DNA from: Candidatus Kerfeldbacteria bacterium CG08_land_8_20_14_0_20_43_14
Lineage (GTDB): Bacteria; Patescibacteriota; Patescibacteriia; PEXW01
Assembly (NCBI GenBank): GCA_002774575.1
Contig: PEXW01000013.1
Span: 1 to 45,442 of the forward strand
Reading direction: 5' to 3'
DNA length: 45,442 nucleotides
Shown here: in pieces, positions 35,319 to 43,844 of the stretch
How the letters are laid out: each line of letters starts with the position of its first letter
How positions within the stretch are numbered: the stretch's first letter is position 1
Notes under the pieces: generated by a model
Told to the model about the DNA's origin: nothing
The model's database searches: none
Seen by the model: the letters and a program-made list of their open reading frames with translations, nothing else
Program-made: the position numbers and the translations under genes

Positions 35319-36269
35319 TTAAGTCAGGCTCGAGTTGATAAACTTCGGGTAACCTCTTAAAAATTCTTCAATTGCTAAAGGCTTTTTGCCGGGCAACTGG
35401 AGGGTTTTTGGAAAAATTGACTTTTGGGAAGTGCCAATTGCGCAACCAAGTGGAGTTTTTATAATCTTTCCTGGTTCAATGTCTTGGTCAAAAACTGCGG
35501 CTTGTTTAATAAATATCTTCTTGCTTTGCCAAGTGCTGTAAGTTCCGGGCCAGGGATTTAAAGCCCTGATTTTTCTTTCAATAACTTTTGCTGGTTCATG
35601 CCAAAATATCTGACCATCAGTTTTTTCAATTTTCGGCGCCAGCGTTATACCAATTTCCGGCTGGCTTTTTAGACTTAATTTGCCAAGTAAATAAGCAGTT
35701 AAATTTTCAGAAATTAAGTCTGCGCTTAAGCTCGATAATTTATTAGCCAAACTTTGACTAGTTTCATCTGCAGCTAATTCAATTTCCTTTGCAGTCAAAA
35801 TTCCGCCAGTGTCTAAACCGTAATCTATTTTCATTAACGTAACCCCGGATATAGCATCGCCGGACATAATCGTGTATTGAATTGGTGAAGCTCCCCGCCA
35901 GCGCGGTAATAGCGAAGCGTGCAAATTTAACCAGCCTAATGGCAGTATGTCCAGCACGGCTTTGGGAATTATTTTTCCATAGGCAATTACGAACCCGCAG
36001 TCAGCGTATAAAGAGGCAATTAATGCCTGAATATCCGGTTTTTTCAAACTATCAGGAGTTAAAACCAACAAATCTTTGTTTTGGGCGAATTCTCCAATTG
36101 CGCTGGATTTTAAAGCCTGACCTCTGCCGGCTGGCTTGGCTTTTTGCGTTAAAACCCCGACTACTTCAATATTCGACAGCTCTAAAATCGCCTCCAAGCT
36201 TGGAATGGAGTAGGCAGGGGAACCGGCAAATATGATTCGCCATTTTTTATGTGGATTTTGGAGGCTCAC
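35319..36269 (-). CDS. fmt: methionyl-tRNA formyltransferase
   Basis: Motifs HASLLPRWRGASPIQ and IIFAGSPAYS. It lies downstream of def and overlaps it. Confidence 0.9.
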   Translation of the reverse strand: MSLQNPHKKWRIIFAGSPAYSIPSLEAILELSNIEVVGVLTQKAKPAGRGQALKSSAIGEFAQNKDLLVLTPDSLKKPDIQALIASLYADCGFVIAYGKIIPKAVLDILPLGWLNLHASLLPRWRGASPIQYTIMSGDAISGVTLMKIDYGLDTGGILTAKEIELAADETSQSLANKLSSLSADLISENLTAYLLGKLSLKSQPEIGITLAPKIEKTDGQIFWHEPAKVIERKIRALNPWPGTYSTWQSKKIFIKQAAVFDQDIEPGKIIKTPLGCAIGTSQKSIFPKTLQLPGKKPLAIEEFLRGYPKFINSSLT

Positions 36270-36717
36270 CTTCGGTGTACTTAATGACTTTATCGATAAA
36301 CAAAATTCCGTCCAAATGATCTATTTCGTGCTGAATTACTCTGGCCAACATGCCTTCGGCTTTGAGTTTAAGTGTTTCGCCTCTGGAGTTTATTGCGGCA
36401 ACAGTGATTTTTTTATGTCTTTTAACCGTGCCAAAAACTCCTGGCACGGACAAACAGCCTTCTTCCATTATATTTTTTAACCAGGATTTTTCGATTATTT
36501 CGGGGTTTATCAAAATCAAAGGTCCTTCCTTGTCAGCAATCACGACGATTCTTTTTAAGATGCCTATTTGATTGGCGGCCAAACCAATGCCGTCTTTTTC
36601 AGACATGGTTTCCTGCATATCATAAATTAACTCCTGAATTTTAGGGATTTCTTCAAGTCGGAGTTCAACGGCCTTTTGCCGCAGGATCGAATTTGGGTGG
36701 GTGATTATGGTTGACAT
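36247..36717 (-). CDS. def: peptide deformylase
   Basis: All three signature motifs are present: GIGLAANQIG, EGCLSVPG and HEIDHLDG. Confidence 0.93.
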   Translation of the reverse strand: MSTIITHPNSILRQKAVELRLEEIPKIQELIYDMQETMSEKDGIGLAANQIGILKRIVVIADKEGPLILINPEIIEKSWLKNIMEEGCLSVPGVFGTVKRHKKITVAAINSRGETLKLKAEGMLARVIQHEIDHLDGILFIDKVIKYTEGEPPKST

Positions 36718-37301
36718 AATTTATAGTGGCATTTTAACTCTGTAGCGAAATCTTGCATTCCTGGCAATTTAAAATAGGATCGGATTGGGAGTCAATGCAG
36801 TATAAGTAATATTTATATTATTTTCAAGGTCATTTGAACTTAATCCTGTTTATCCAGGAAAGAACGAATTACCGGAAATGTTGCTCTTTTACAAAATGTT
36901 TTTAGAGGGTGTTCAATCAAAATCAAAAAAGGAATTTCAGCATGAAAAACTTTTTTCAGAAATTATCAAAAGTAACTTTTTCAGTCCACCACAACCCCAA
37001 TTGCGCCAAGCCCTTTCAAGTCCGGTTAGTTGGTAAATCGGCAACCCGCCTTGATAACTTGAACAGATCACCATTCAATGACATGTTGGATACGGATATT
37101 CGTTTGAAGAGGCCGCCAGGGAGGCGTGGGAAAAGAAATATGGGCCCAATTCATAAGACCTTTATCAGGGGGAAGCAAATGCTTCTCCATTCTCTAAAAA
37201 TATTTTGTGTATTTTTTAGCAAGGCATTAATTTAATTATTATAAAACTATTTTAAATAATATGAATGAAAATTCTTTTTCTCCAGTATATAAATCATACC
37301 C

Positions 37302-37556
37302 GTGGACTTAATACAATTTTTTGGATACTTAGCTGGATTCATAATTGCTATTGCCTTAACAGCCCAAGTTATTCAGGCTTGGAAAACGAAATCTACCAAG
37401 GACATATCTTTACCCTGGACTATTATATTGTTACTAGGTCTTTTGTTATATTTTATTTACGGATTTGGCATAAAGCAAATGCCGATTATCGTAATGAACA
37501 CAATAGAAGTAATTTTAGTTATTTCGCTGATTGTTGCGAAATTGATTTATAAATGA
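37302..37556 (+). CDS. SemiSWEET-like (PQ-loop/MtN3) 3-TM transporter
   Basis: 84 aa with three TM helices. The motif AQVIQAWKTKSTKDIS sits where SemiSWEETs have PQ..K.K....IS, and FIYG follows. Confidence 0.7.
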   Translation: MDLIQFFGYLAGFIIAIALTAQVIQAWKTKSTKDISLPWTIILLLGLLLYFIYGFGIKQMPIIVMNTIEVILVISLIVAKLIYK

Positions 37557-37562
37557 GGCTAA

Positions 37563-39296
37563 CTAATAAGGCGGATTAATCACTGGCAACCAGGAAGGAT
37601 CAAGGTTTTCTTGCAAAAGCTTAAGAATCCAGTTTTTATTTTCAACAGGACCTTTAATAATCCACTGGTCCGGACTTTTTATTACTTCAAATTTTGTTGC
37701 TAATTGATTTTCCACCTCAATTGGAATAGGAGGCAGACTTTTATCTTTTGAATTGCAATTTAAAACTATTAACAAGCCAAATGGTGGGTAGTTAAAAGCC
37801 TTTCTTTCTTCAAGCATTTTTTCAGAAGCATTGAGCAAGTCAGTGAATTTTTCAGCAATAGAGAGACCGGGATTGTTGGTTTGAATGAAAAATTCAGATT
37901 TGCCAGTTAGATGCTGGGCCACGCTTATAATTGAGTTTATGACCGCCTCCTCGTTTCTGTACTCACTGGAATTCAAAACAGTTTCCGGATTGATTACCAC
38001 TAAATTTTCAAACCTTAGTTCCGGATAATTGGTTATGGCAGTAGTGCCGATAAGATGCTCGGCCGTCAAAAAGTCTTTTTCAATAACGGTATTTTTATCC
38101 AGGGCGGCAATCTTTTTTTCAGGGAAAATATTTTTTAGATATTTTTGGTACTGTTTTAAGCCAAATCTTCTTAGTGAAAAATTAACGCCTTGGCAATTCG
38201 GACATTTTTCCGGAGCCAGAATTCTTAACTTATCTTTTTCGCAAAATAGCGTAATTGGCGGTCCTTGCTGAAGGACCTTTAACGGCAAGTTGCATTTTGG
38301 GCATGTAACTGGGCTTTTACAGTCATTGCATTGATAAATTCCAGCCTCATCGCGCCTAAAAACAAGCCAAAAGGTTCTGCCTGGCAATAATTGATTAAAG
38401 ATTTGTTGACTGATTAGTTCTTTTTTATCTTTAAAATCCTCCAGACTTCTGTTTATGATATTAGGTTTTTTAACTGCCTTTAAAATTGTGTAGGGCTTGC
38501 TTGGCGAAAAGCCAAGCACGGTTGGGCTTGGCCATCTAGCTAAAATAGTTAACTTTGCATTGTGCAAATAAACAGTTTCTTTGGCAACGGCTCGAATATC
38601 AATTTTCGGCGCTTGATCAAAAGCAAAAAATCCTTCATCGTCAGCCTGGTCAATTATTACCCGGCCTAATTTTGGCAGGGGATAAAGTAGTCCGCTATAA
38701 GTTGCAATAATCAGTTTTACCTGGCCAAGCTTTGAAAATGCCTCGGCCTTCTCTTTTTTGTTCAGTTTGGAATTTAAAAAAATGCTATTTCTGATTTTAT
38801 ATTTTATCCAGAAATCGGCATAAGCATAAGCTGGGACCAATACCAGGGTCGGCTTTGTTTCTTGGCTTATCATCTGAATCCATTTTTTTATCAAAGCCTC
38901 TCTGGTCTCTAAATCCGAAGCTAAAAATAAACTTGGCTTGGGTTTGACAGGGTCTAGGCGGTAATTAAAATTCTGACTCCCTATTTCCATGCCCATTAAA
39001 ACCAGGTTTAACGGGGTTAAAGTGTTAAAAGAAATCCACTCGGCCAGGACAAGCAGGTAGTTTGAAAATTTTATTGGTTGGTTGGGCGGGGTAAAAAATT
39101 TTATTTTGCCGCTTGGCAAAGCAGTGCTGGTAAGTTTTTTCCAGACAACGCCTTTAATTTTTTTACTGCCAAAAGGAATATCAACAACCTCGCCGATTTC
39201 AGGGATTCGTTGTTTTTCAGCCAAAAAATAATCGAGCCGGCTTAAAGCTGGCGGAACCCTTCTTAATGGAATAATGCTGAATATAATTCCTGACAT
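37563..39296 (-). CDS. priA: PriA-like primosomal protein N-prime with degenerate helicase motifs
   Basis: The N-terminal 3-prime-DNA-binding-type region has VDIPFGSKKIKGVVW. The Cys-rich insert reads CNDC..CPKC...C...CPNC. At the expected motor positions the sequence reads ASDLETRE instead of GxGKT, DQAD instead of DEEH, RWPSP instead of SAT, and SVAQHLTGK instead of QxxGRxGR. Confidence 0.75.
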   Translation of the reverse strand: MSGIIFSIIPLRRVPPALSRLDYFLAEKQRIPEIGEVVDIPFGSKKIKGVVWKKLTSTALPSGKIKFFTPPNQPIKFSNYLLVLAEWISFNTLTPLNLVLMGMEIGSQNFNYRLDPVKPKPSLFLASDLETREALIKKWIQMISQETKPTLVLVPAYAYADFWIKYKIRNSIFLNSKLNKKEKAEAFSKLGQVKLIIATYSGLLYPLPKLGRVIIDQADDEGFFAFDQAPKIDIRAVAKETVYLHNAKLTILARWPSPTVLGFSPSKPYTILKAVKKPNIINRSLEDFKDKKELISQQIFNQLLPGRTFWLVFRRDEAGIYQCNDCKSPVTCPKCNLPLKVLQQGPPITLFCEKDKLRILAPEKCPNCQGVNFSLRRFGLKQYQKYLKNIFPEKKIAALDKNTVIEKDFLTAEHLIGTTAITNYPELRFENLVVINPETVLNSSEYRNEEAVINSIISVAQHLTGKSEFFIQTNNPGLSIAEKFTDLLNASEKMLEERKAFNYPPFGLLIVLNCNSKDKSLPPIPIEVENQLATKFEVIKSPDQWIIKGPVENKNWILKLLQENLDPSWLPVINPPY

Positions 39297-39377
39297 AACC
39301 CAATTCTACTTTAAAAAAAGAACTTAGGCTATTTCAGCCAAGCAGGTTTATCGACCTCAAATTTTTAAATAAAAAAA

Positions 39378-40172
39378 CTACTTTGGCTGCCAAATGGAAA
39401 GCTGATAGCCGACTCCGAATAGAACTTCCTGGTAAAGTGTGGTAAATTCCGTGTTAATACTATTGATAGTGCCGAGCAACATGGATAAACTATAAGCTCC
39501 GCAGGAACAGAACTTATCTACCTGGGTTTTTTTCGCATCGTGAAGAAATTTTACAATCTCATTTTTTTTGAATGCCAAGTCCCAATCCTGATAATATTCT
39601 TCAGATCCTGGAATTTTTCCGCGAGCCGCGGCTTCACTGATTCCGCTGGCAACATCGCCAGAAGCTAAGACAACCACTCTTTTTTCAGAGTTTATTATTT
39701 CACTTTGAAGTTTAATGCCAAAATTAAAATGTTCGGCCAATTCTGCTTTTCGGCTGGAGATAATGCTGTACCTAAGTTTGTCCGGCAAACTACTAAACGT
39801 TAATATCGGAATCCCGGCCCCGTAGTTTATTTCTTCTTTGATTATCGAGGAAACCGGCCAGTTTGCCTCCAGATGTTCTTTCAGGTGATGGGTAAAAGTC
39901 GGCGAACCCAGTGCTTCTGCTATGGTTACCAAATCTCCAAATTCTGGAAAAGTCGCCTTGAATTTTTCGGCCAGGTTAAAAGTATAAACATTACTGACGC
40001 TGGTGGCGTGAGGATTAAAACACAAAATAACATCGGGTTTAACCGCGTGGATGAGCTGGCCAAGGCTTTTATAAGCCTCCAGGAGCCGGTTTAAGGCCTT
40101 TTTATGAGATTTATCAGTTGTAGGCAGCAAGAGGGGAGAATGGGGCGCTAAAGCCGCTAAAACAATACTCAT
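39378..40172 (-). CDS. class III extradiol dioxygenase (LigB) superfamily protein
   Basis: The N-terminus VLAALAPHSPLLLP and the NPHA motif are typical of the LigB/MEMO-like fold. The substrate is unknown. Confidence 0.55.
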   Translation of the reverse strand: MSIVLAALAPHSPLLLPTTDKSHKKALNRLLEAYKSLGQLIHAVKPDVILCFNPHATSVSNVYTFNLAEKFKATFPEFGDLVTIAEALGSPTFTHHLKEHLEANWPVSSIIKEEINYGAGIPILTFSSLPDKLRYSIISSRKAELAEHFNFGIKLQSEIINSEKRVVVLASGDVASGISEAAARGKIPGSEEYYQDWDLAFKKNEIVKFLHDAKKTQVDKFCSCGAYSLSMLLGTINSINTEFTTLYQEVLFGVGYQLSIWQPK

Positions 40173-40175
40173 ATT

Positions 40176-41558
40176 TTATAAATTGACATTATTCAGGTTA
40201 TCACCGCGCGGATGCAGTTCAGCCACCCTTTGATTGACCACCAAAACATTTTTCATGTTATAACCAAATTGCTTGAATAATTCTCTGGAAGGAATGCCCC
40301 GCCGCAAACCATTGGATATGACATATATGCCGGCATCTCCCTTAACCCTGACTAATTCACCATCTCGCAGCTTCAAAGCTTCGCCCTTTTCATATTGACT
40401 TAATTCTTGTTGGGTAATAGTAATGCTTGGCTTTCGATTTGGAAATCTAGATTTTAAAATGGCCTTATCCAGAATTGGATACCAAACGCCTTGTTCAATC
40501 CAAACAATTCCGCTGCCCTTAACCTGAATCAGAGCCCCGGCCGGATAAGCACTGGTGTTTGAAATTTGCACGCCATCAAGATAGGGCGCAGCATCTTCAA
40601 AAGACACATCCACCACTTCTTCAGGATTGAAACCAAGGTTCCGGAAAACATCCTGGGATTTTATTAGTCTTTTTTCATCTCCGCTTAACAGATAAATTGA
40701 CATATCCGGGGTTCTGACCAGGGAATAATTCGGAAGTTTGATGTCTGCGCCGCGCGGATAATTTTCCAAAGCTTCCTGGCTGATTGGCAAAATTTTGGAA
40801 TAATCTCCGAATCTGGTTACGAACGCTGAACGACTTTGTATCACACGCCTTTCGCCATTTTGAATAAACCAAACAGCTTGGATTTTGCCAACTCGGACCA
40901 AGGAACCATCGGGATAAATTTTGGCAAACCAGGTATTGTATAAATTGGAAAAATTAAAATTGCCGTTGTAAACATGAGGCGTGTAATTATAAAGGCCTGC
41001 CGTGGCTTGGTTTTCAATAGTTACTGTTGTTTGTTTTGAACCGTTTAAGTCAGTGAAGGTGTAGGTTGAACCAATTTTATAAGTGTACTGGCTCGGATAA
41101 TTCAGATACTGCCTGAACTGCCAGGTGGCAAAGTCCATTTGTCTGTAAAAACCTGCGGCCTTGCTGCTGCAGCCGCCGCTGTCCGGACAGCCATAGCCCA
41201 TGGCATAATCCAAAAGTTTTTGCGAGGGGGAGGGATAAGTCAGCATACTTGATTCTTTTTGCAAAGTTACCAAAATCACCTTAGGATTAATATTGTAGAG
41301 TTTGGCAATCTCTGCTATAGCCTCGCTAACCGGTTTACTAACTTTATTAAAATCTTCAATCAGCCGAGTGCCTAAAGTGCCTCCGCGCCTGACCAGGAAA
41401 TTTTGAACATCATTGACGGTCATACTGCCTGAATCGGTAAATTCTTCGTCGCTAATAAGTCTCCCGGGATTAAAAGCGGCTAGGGCAAAATTCGGCAAGA
41501 TAACTAAAATCAGGGCCAAACAAAAAGTTATAAATCCTTTTGAGCTTTTTTTCAACAT
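40176..41558 (-). CDS. secreted cell-wall-associated protein: conserved N-terminal domain plus four ~55-aa repeats
   Basis: Signal peptide present. The N-terminal domain has NPKVILVTLQKESSML...AMGYGCPD, a pattern I associate with uncharacterised wall-hydrolase-like domains. Four repeats of the type G.LVRV.G...VY.I.NG.RR.I.S...F...G follow (residues ~217-455). Confidence 0.6.
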   Translation of the reverse strand: MLKKSSKGFITFCLALILVILPNFALAAFNPGRLISDEEFTDSGSMTVNDVQNFLVRRGGTLGTRLIEDFNKVSKPVSEAIAEIAKLYNINPKVILVTLQKESSMLTYPSPSQKLLDYAMGYGCPDSGGCSSKAAGFYRQMDFATWQFRQYLNYPSQYTYKIGSTYTFTDLNGSKQTTVTIENQATAGLYNYTPHVYNGNFNFSNLYNTWFAKIYPDGSLVRVGKIQAVWFIQNGERRVIQSRSAFVTRFGDYSKILPISQEALENYPRGADIKLPNYSLVRTPDMSIYLLSGDEKRLIKSQDVFRNLGFNPEEVVDVSFEDAAPYLDGVQISNTSAYPAGALIQVKGSGIVWIEQGVWYPILDKAILKSRFPNRKPSITITQQELSQYEKGEALKLRDGELVRVKGDAGIYVISNGLRRGIPSRELFKQFGYNMKNVLVVNQRVAELHPRGDNLNNVNL

Positions 41559-41643
41559 AGTTAATAGATTTTAACAATAAATTATTAATAATGCAAGTCT
41601 TGCCAAGCTTGCTTAACAGATGGATAAAAGATAGTTTTCACTT

Positions 41644-42351
41644 ATGAAGCGCATCAATTATAAAGGTTTTAACCTGGATATTGGATCAAAAGCAGAACTT
41701 TACTCGGTTTTGTCAAAATGCCTTGATACGGCTGGCTGCAAACAGGCCATAACCATTAATCCGGAATTTATTGTCCTTGCCGGTAATAACCCGGAATTAA
41801 AAAGTATCAGCAATTCGGCTGATATTATCATGATTGATGGCTTTGGTCTGGCCTGGGCTGTAAAAAAATACGCCAAGGGCATATTGCGCTATCCAGGCGC
41901 GGACGCAGTTTCAGATTTACTGAAGTTTGCCGCGGAAAAAAACTTTACTGTAGGGATAATCGCGCGACCCAAAGGCTTATCATCACCGGAAAGGATTGAA
42001 CGGGCGATAAGAAAACTTTTTCCGGCGCTGCAAGAAAAAATTTGGAATGAAGATAATGTTGACATCGAAAAGATAAATCAAGAAAATATCCAGCTACTGA
42101 TTTTGACTTTGGGCCAGCCTAAACAGGAAATCTGGATATCCGAAAACAAGTCCAGTTTAAGAACCTGCAAATTAGCAATAGGCGCCGGCGGCGCGATTGA
42201 CTTTTTAACCGGCGCCAAAAAAAGAGCCCCTGGTTTTTTCAGGAAAATCGGTTTAGAATGGCTGTGGCGCCTGATCATCCAGCCAAGCAGAATAAAAAGA
42301 ATTTGGCGCGCCACTTTTGGTTTTTGGTATACGATTTTATTTAAACTATGA
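41644..42351 (+). CDS. WecB/TagA/CpsF-family (GT26) glycosyltransferase
   Basis: Motifs LGQPKQEIW, GAGGAIDFLTGAKKRAP and GLEWLWRL. Confidence 0.8.
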   Translation: MKRINYKGFNLDIGSKAELYSVLSKCLDTAGCKQAITINPEFIVLAGNNPELKSISNSADIIMIDGFGLAWAVKKYAKGILRYPGADAVSDLLKFAAEKNFTVGIIARPKGLSSPERIERAIRKLFPALQEKIWNEDNVDIEKINQENIQLLILTLGQPKQEIWISENKSSLRTCKLAIGAGGAIDFLTGAKKRAPGFFRKIGLEWLWRLIIQPSRIKRIWRATFGFWYTILFKL

Positions 42352-43805
42352 CAAAAAAGGTACGAGTTAGATTTGCGCCTTCACCCACAGGCAGCCTGCA
42401 CATTGGCAGCTTAAGAACCGCTCTGTATAATTATTTATTCGCCAAAAAAACCCAGGGGATTTTTATTTTGAGAATTGAAGACACTGACCAAAAAAGAACT
42501 GTGCCAGGCGCTGTGGAAGAAATTATTTCGGTCCTGCGCGATTGTGGGCTGACTTATGATGAAGGACCTGAATTAGTTAATGGCAAAATGATTGAAAAAG
42601 GGGATTATGGACCTTATATTCAGTCTGGGCGGCTGGATTTATATAAAAAATTTGGCCAACAGCTTTTGCAAATCGAAAAGGCTTACCCATGTTTTTGTTC
42701 AGCAGAAAGACTGGCTGAATTAAGAAAAAAACAAGAAGCGCAAAATTTACCCCCAGGCTATGATGGCCATTGTCGCGACATTCTGAAAACCGAAGCTCTG
42801 GAAAGAGTGAATAAGGGAGAAAAGCATGTAATCAGACTAAAGGTGCCACGCGAAGGCCAAACCCAGACTGAAGATTTAATAAGGAGTAGGGTGAGCTTCA
42901 ATAATATAATTTTGGAAGATGCTGTTCTCCAAAAATCCGATGGTTTCCCGACTTATCATTTGGCAAATGTGGTGGATGACCATTTTATGGAAATAAGTCA
43001 TGTGATTCGTGGCGAAGAATGGCTGCCGTCTTTGCCCATTCACTTATTGCTTTACCAAGCTTTGGAATGGCCTGCGCCGGAATTTGCTCACTTGCCGTTG
43101 ATGTTAAGTACGACCCGGAAAAAACTTTCAAAGCGCGATGGCGACACTGCGGCAAAGGACTATTTAAAAGAGTATCTGCCAATGGCCCTGCTTAATTTTA
43201 TTGCTTTGTTGGGCTGGAATCCAAAGACCAATCAGGAATTTTATCCGAATCTGGATGAATTGGCGAAAGATTTTGATTTGAAAAAAATAAATAAGGCAGG
43301 CGCGATTTTTGATGTGAAAAAACTCAATTACATTAACCGTGAACATTTGCGGATCAGCGACACAGAAGCTTTGTCAAAAATTGCCGGACTTAATTTGCCG
43401 GCAGAAACTGCCAAAGAATATCTGCCCATGGCTTTAGATAGGTCGGAAAAAATTTCTGACATAAAAAAGTCAATTCAATTCCTTTTGAATGATGAAATTA
43501 ATTATGACAGAAATCTGTTAATTCCAAAAAATTCCAACCAGGAAACAATAAGGCAAAACTTAACCGAAATTAAGTATTTTTTAAACAACTTAAAAGATCA
43601 AGACTGGCAGCTGGCTCAAGGGTTAAAAGAAACGACGATTCTTTGGATAAAAAACCAGGGTAAAACCAATTTGGAAATGCTTTGGCCTTTGCGCGTGGCT
43701 TTAAGCGGTTTGGAAAAAAGTCCTGATGTCTTTGATATGGCTTGCGCCTTGGGCAAAAGCCGGACCATTCAGAGGATAGAAAAGGGGATTGAACAATTGA
43801 TTTAA
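42348..43805 (+). CDS. gltX: glutamyl-tRNA synthetase
   Basis: HIGH motif (RFAPSPTGSLHIG) and KMSKS motif (KLSKR). The start forms an ATGA overlap with the upstream gene. Confidence 0.95.
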   Translation: MTKKVRVRFAPSPTGSLHIGSLRTALYNYLFAKKTQGIFILRIEDTDQKRTVPGAVEEIISVLRDCGLTYDEGPELVNGKMIEKGDYGPYIQSGRLDLYKKFGQQLLQIEKAYPCFCSAERLAELRKKQEAQNLPPGYDGHCRDILKTEALERVNKGEKHVIRLKVPREGQTQTEDLIRSRVSFNNIILEDAVLQKSDGFPTYHLANVVDDHFMEISHVIRGEEWLPSLPIHLLLYQALEWPAPEFAHLPLMLSTTRKKLSKRDGDTAAKDYLKEYLPMALLNFIALLGWNPKTNQEFYPNLDELAKDFDLKKINKAGAIFDVKKLNYINREHLRISDTEALSKIAGLNLPAETAKEYLPMALDRSEKISDIKKSIQFLLNDEINYDRNLLIPKNSNQETIRQNLTEIKYFLNNLKDQDWQLAQGLKETTILWIKNQGKTNLEMLWPLRVALSGLEKSPDVFDMACALGKSRTIQRIEKGIEQLI

Positions 43806-43806
43806 C

Positions 43807-43835
43807 TTGATTTCCTGTGGTTTTTATGCTATATT
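43807..43835 (+). promoter_or_regulatory. sigma70-type promoter with extended -10, positioned for a near-leaderless transcript
   Basis: TTGATT (43807..43812), a 17-nt spacer ending in TGc, then TATATT (43830..43835). The ATG lies at 43845. Confidence 0.55.
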
Positions 43836-43844
43836 GGCTTTGTT

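Noticed and set aside
37018-37025. AAGUCCGG, reminiscent of the RNase P RNA CR-I motif (GAAAGUCCGGGC)
   Set aside because: The other universally conserved RNase P blocks (GGUGAAA...GGUAAGAGC, ACAGAA..GGCUUA) are missing on both strands, and the flanking sequence is too AT-rich and unstructured.
36909-37235. 108-aa GTG-initiated ORF in the long intergenic island
   Set aside because: It is very basic, has no recognisable motif, and uses a non-ATG start. It overlaps a region that looks structured or decayed. I kept it as part of a finding rather than calling it a CDS.
37265-37552. 95-aa ORF in an alternative frame over the SemiSWEET-like gene
   Set aside because: The 37302..37556 frame gives a clean 3-TM PQ-loop-like protein. 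The alternative frame gives a Cys/Tyr/Asn-rich sequence with no features.
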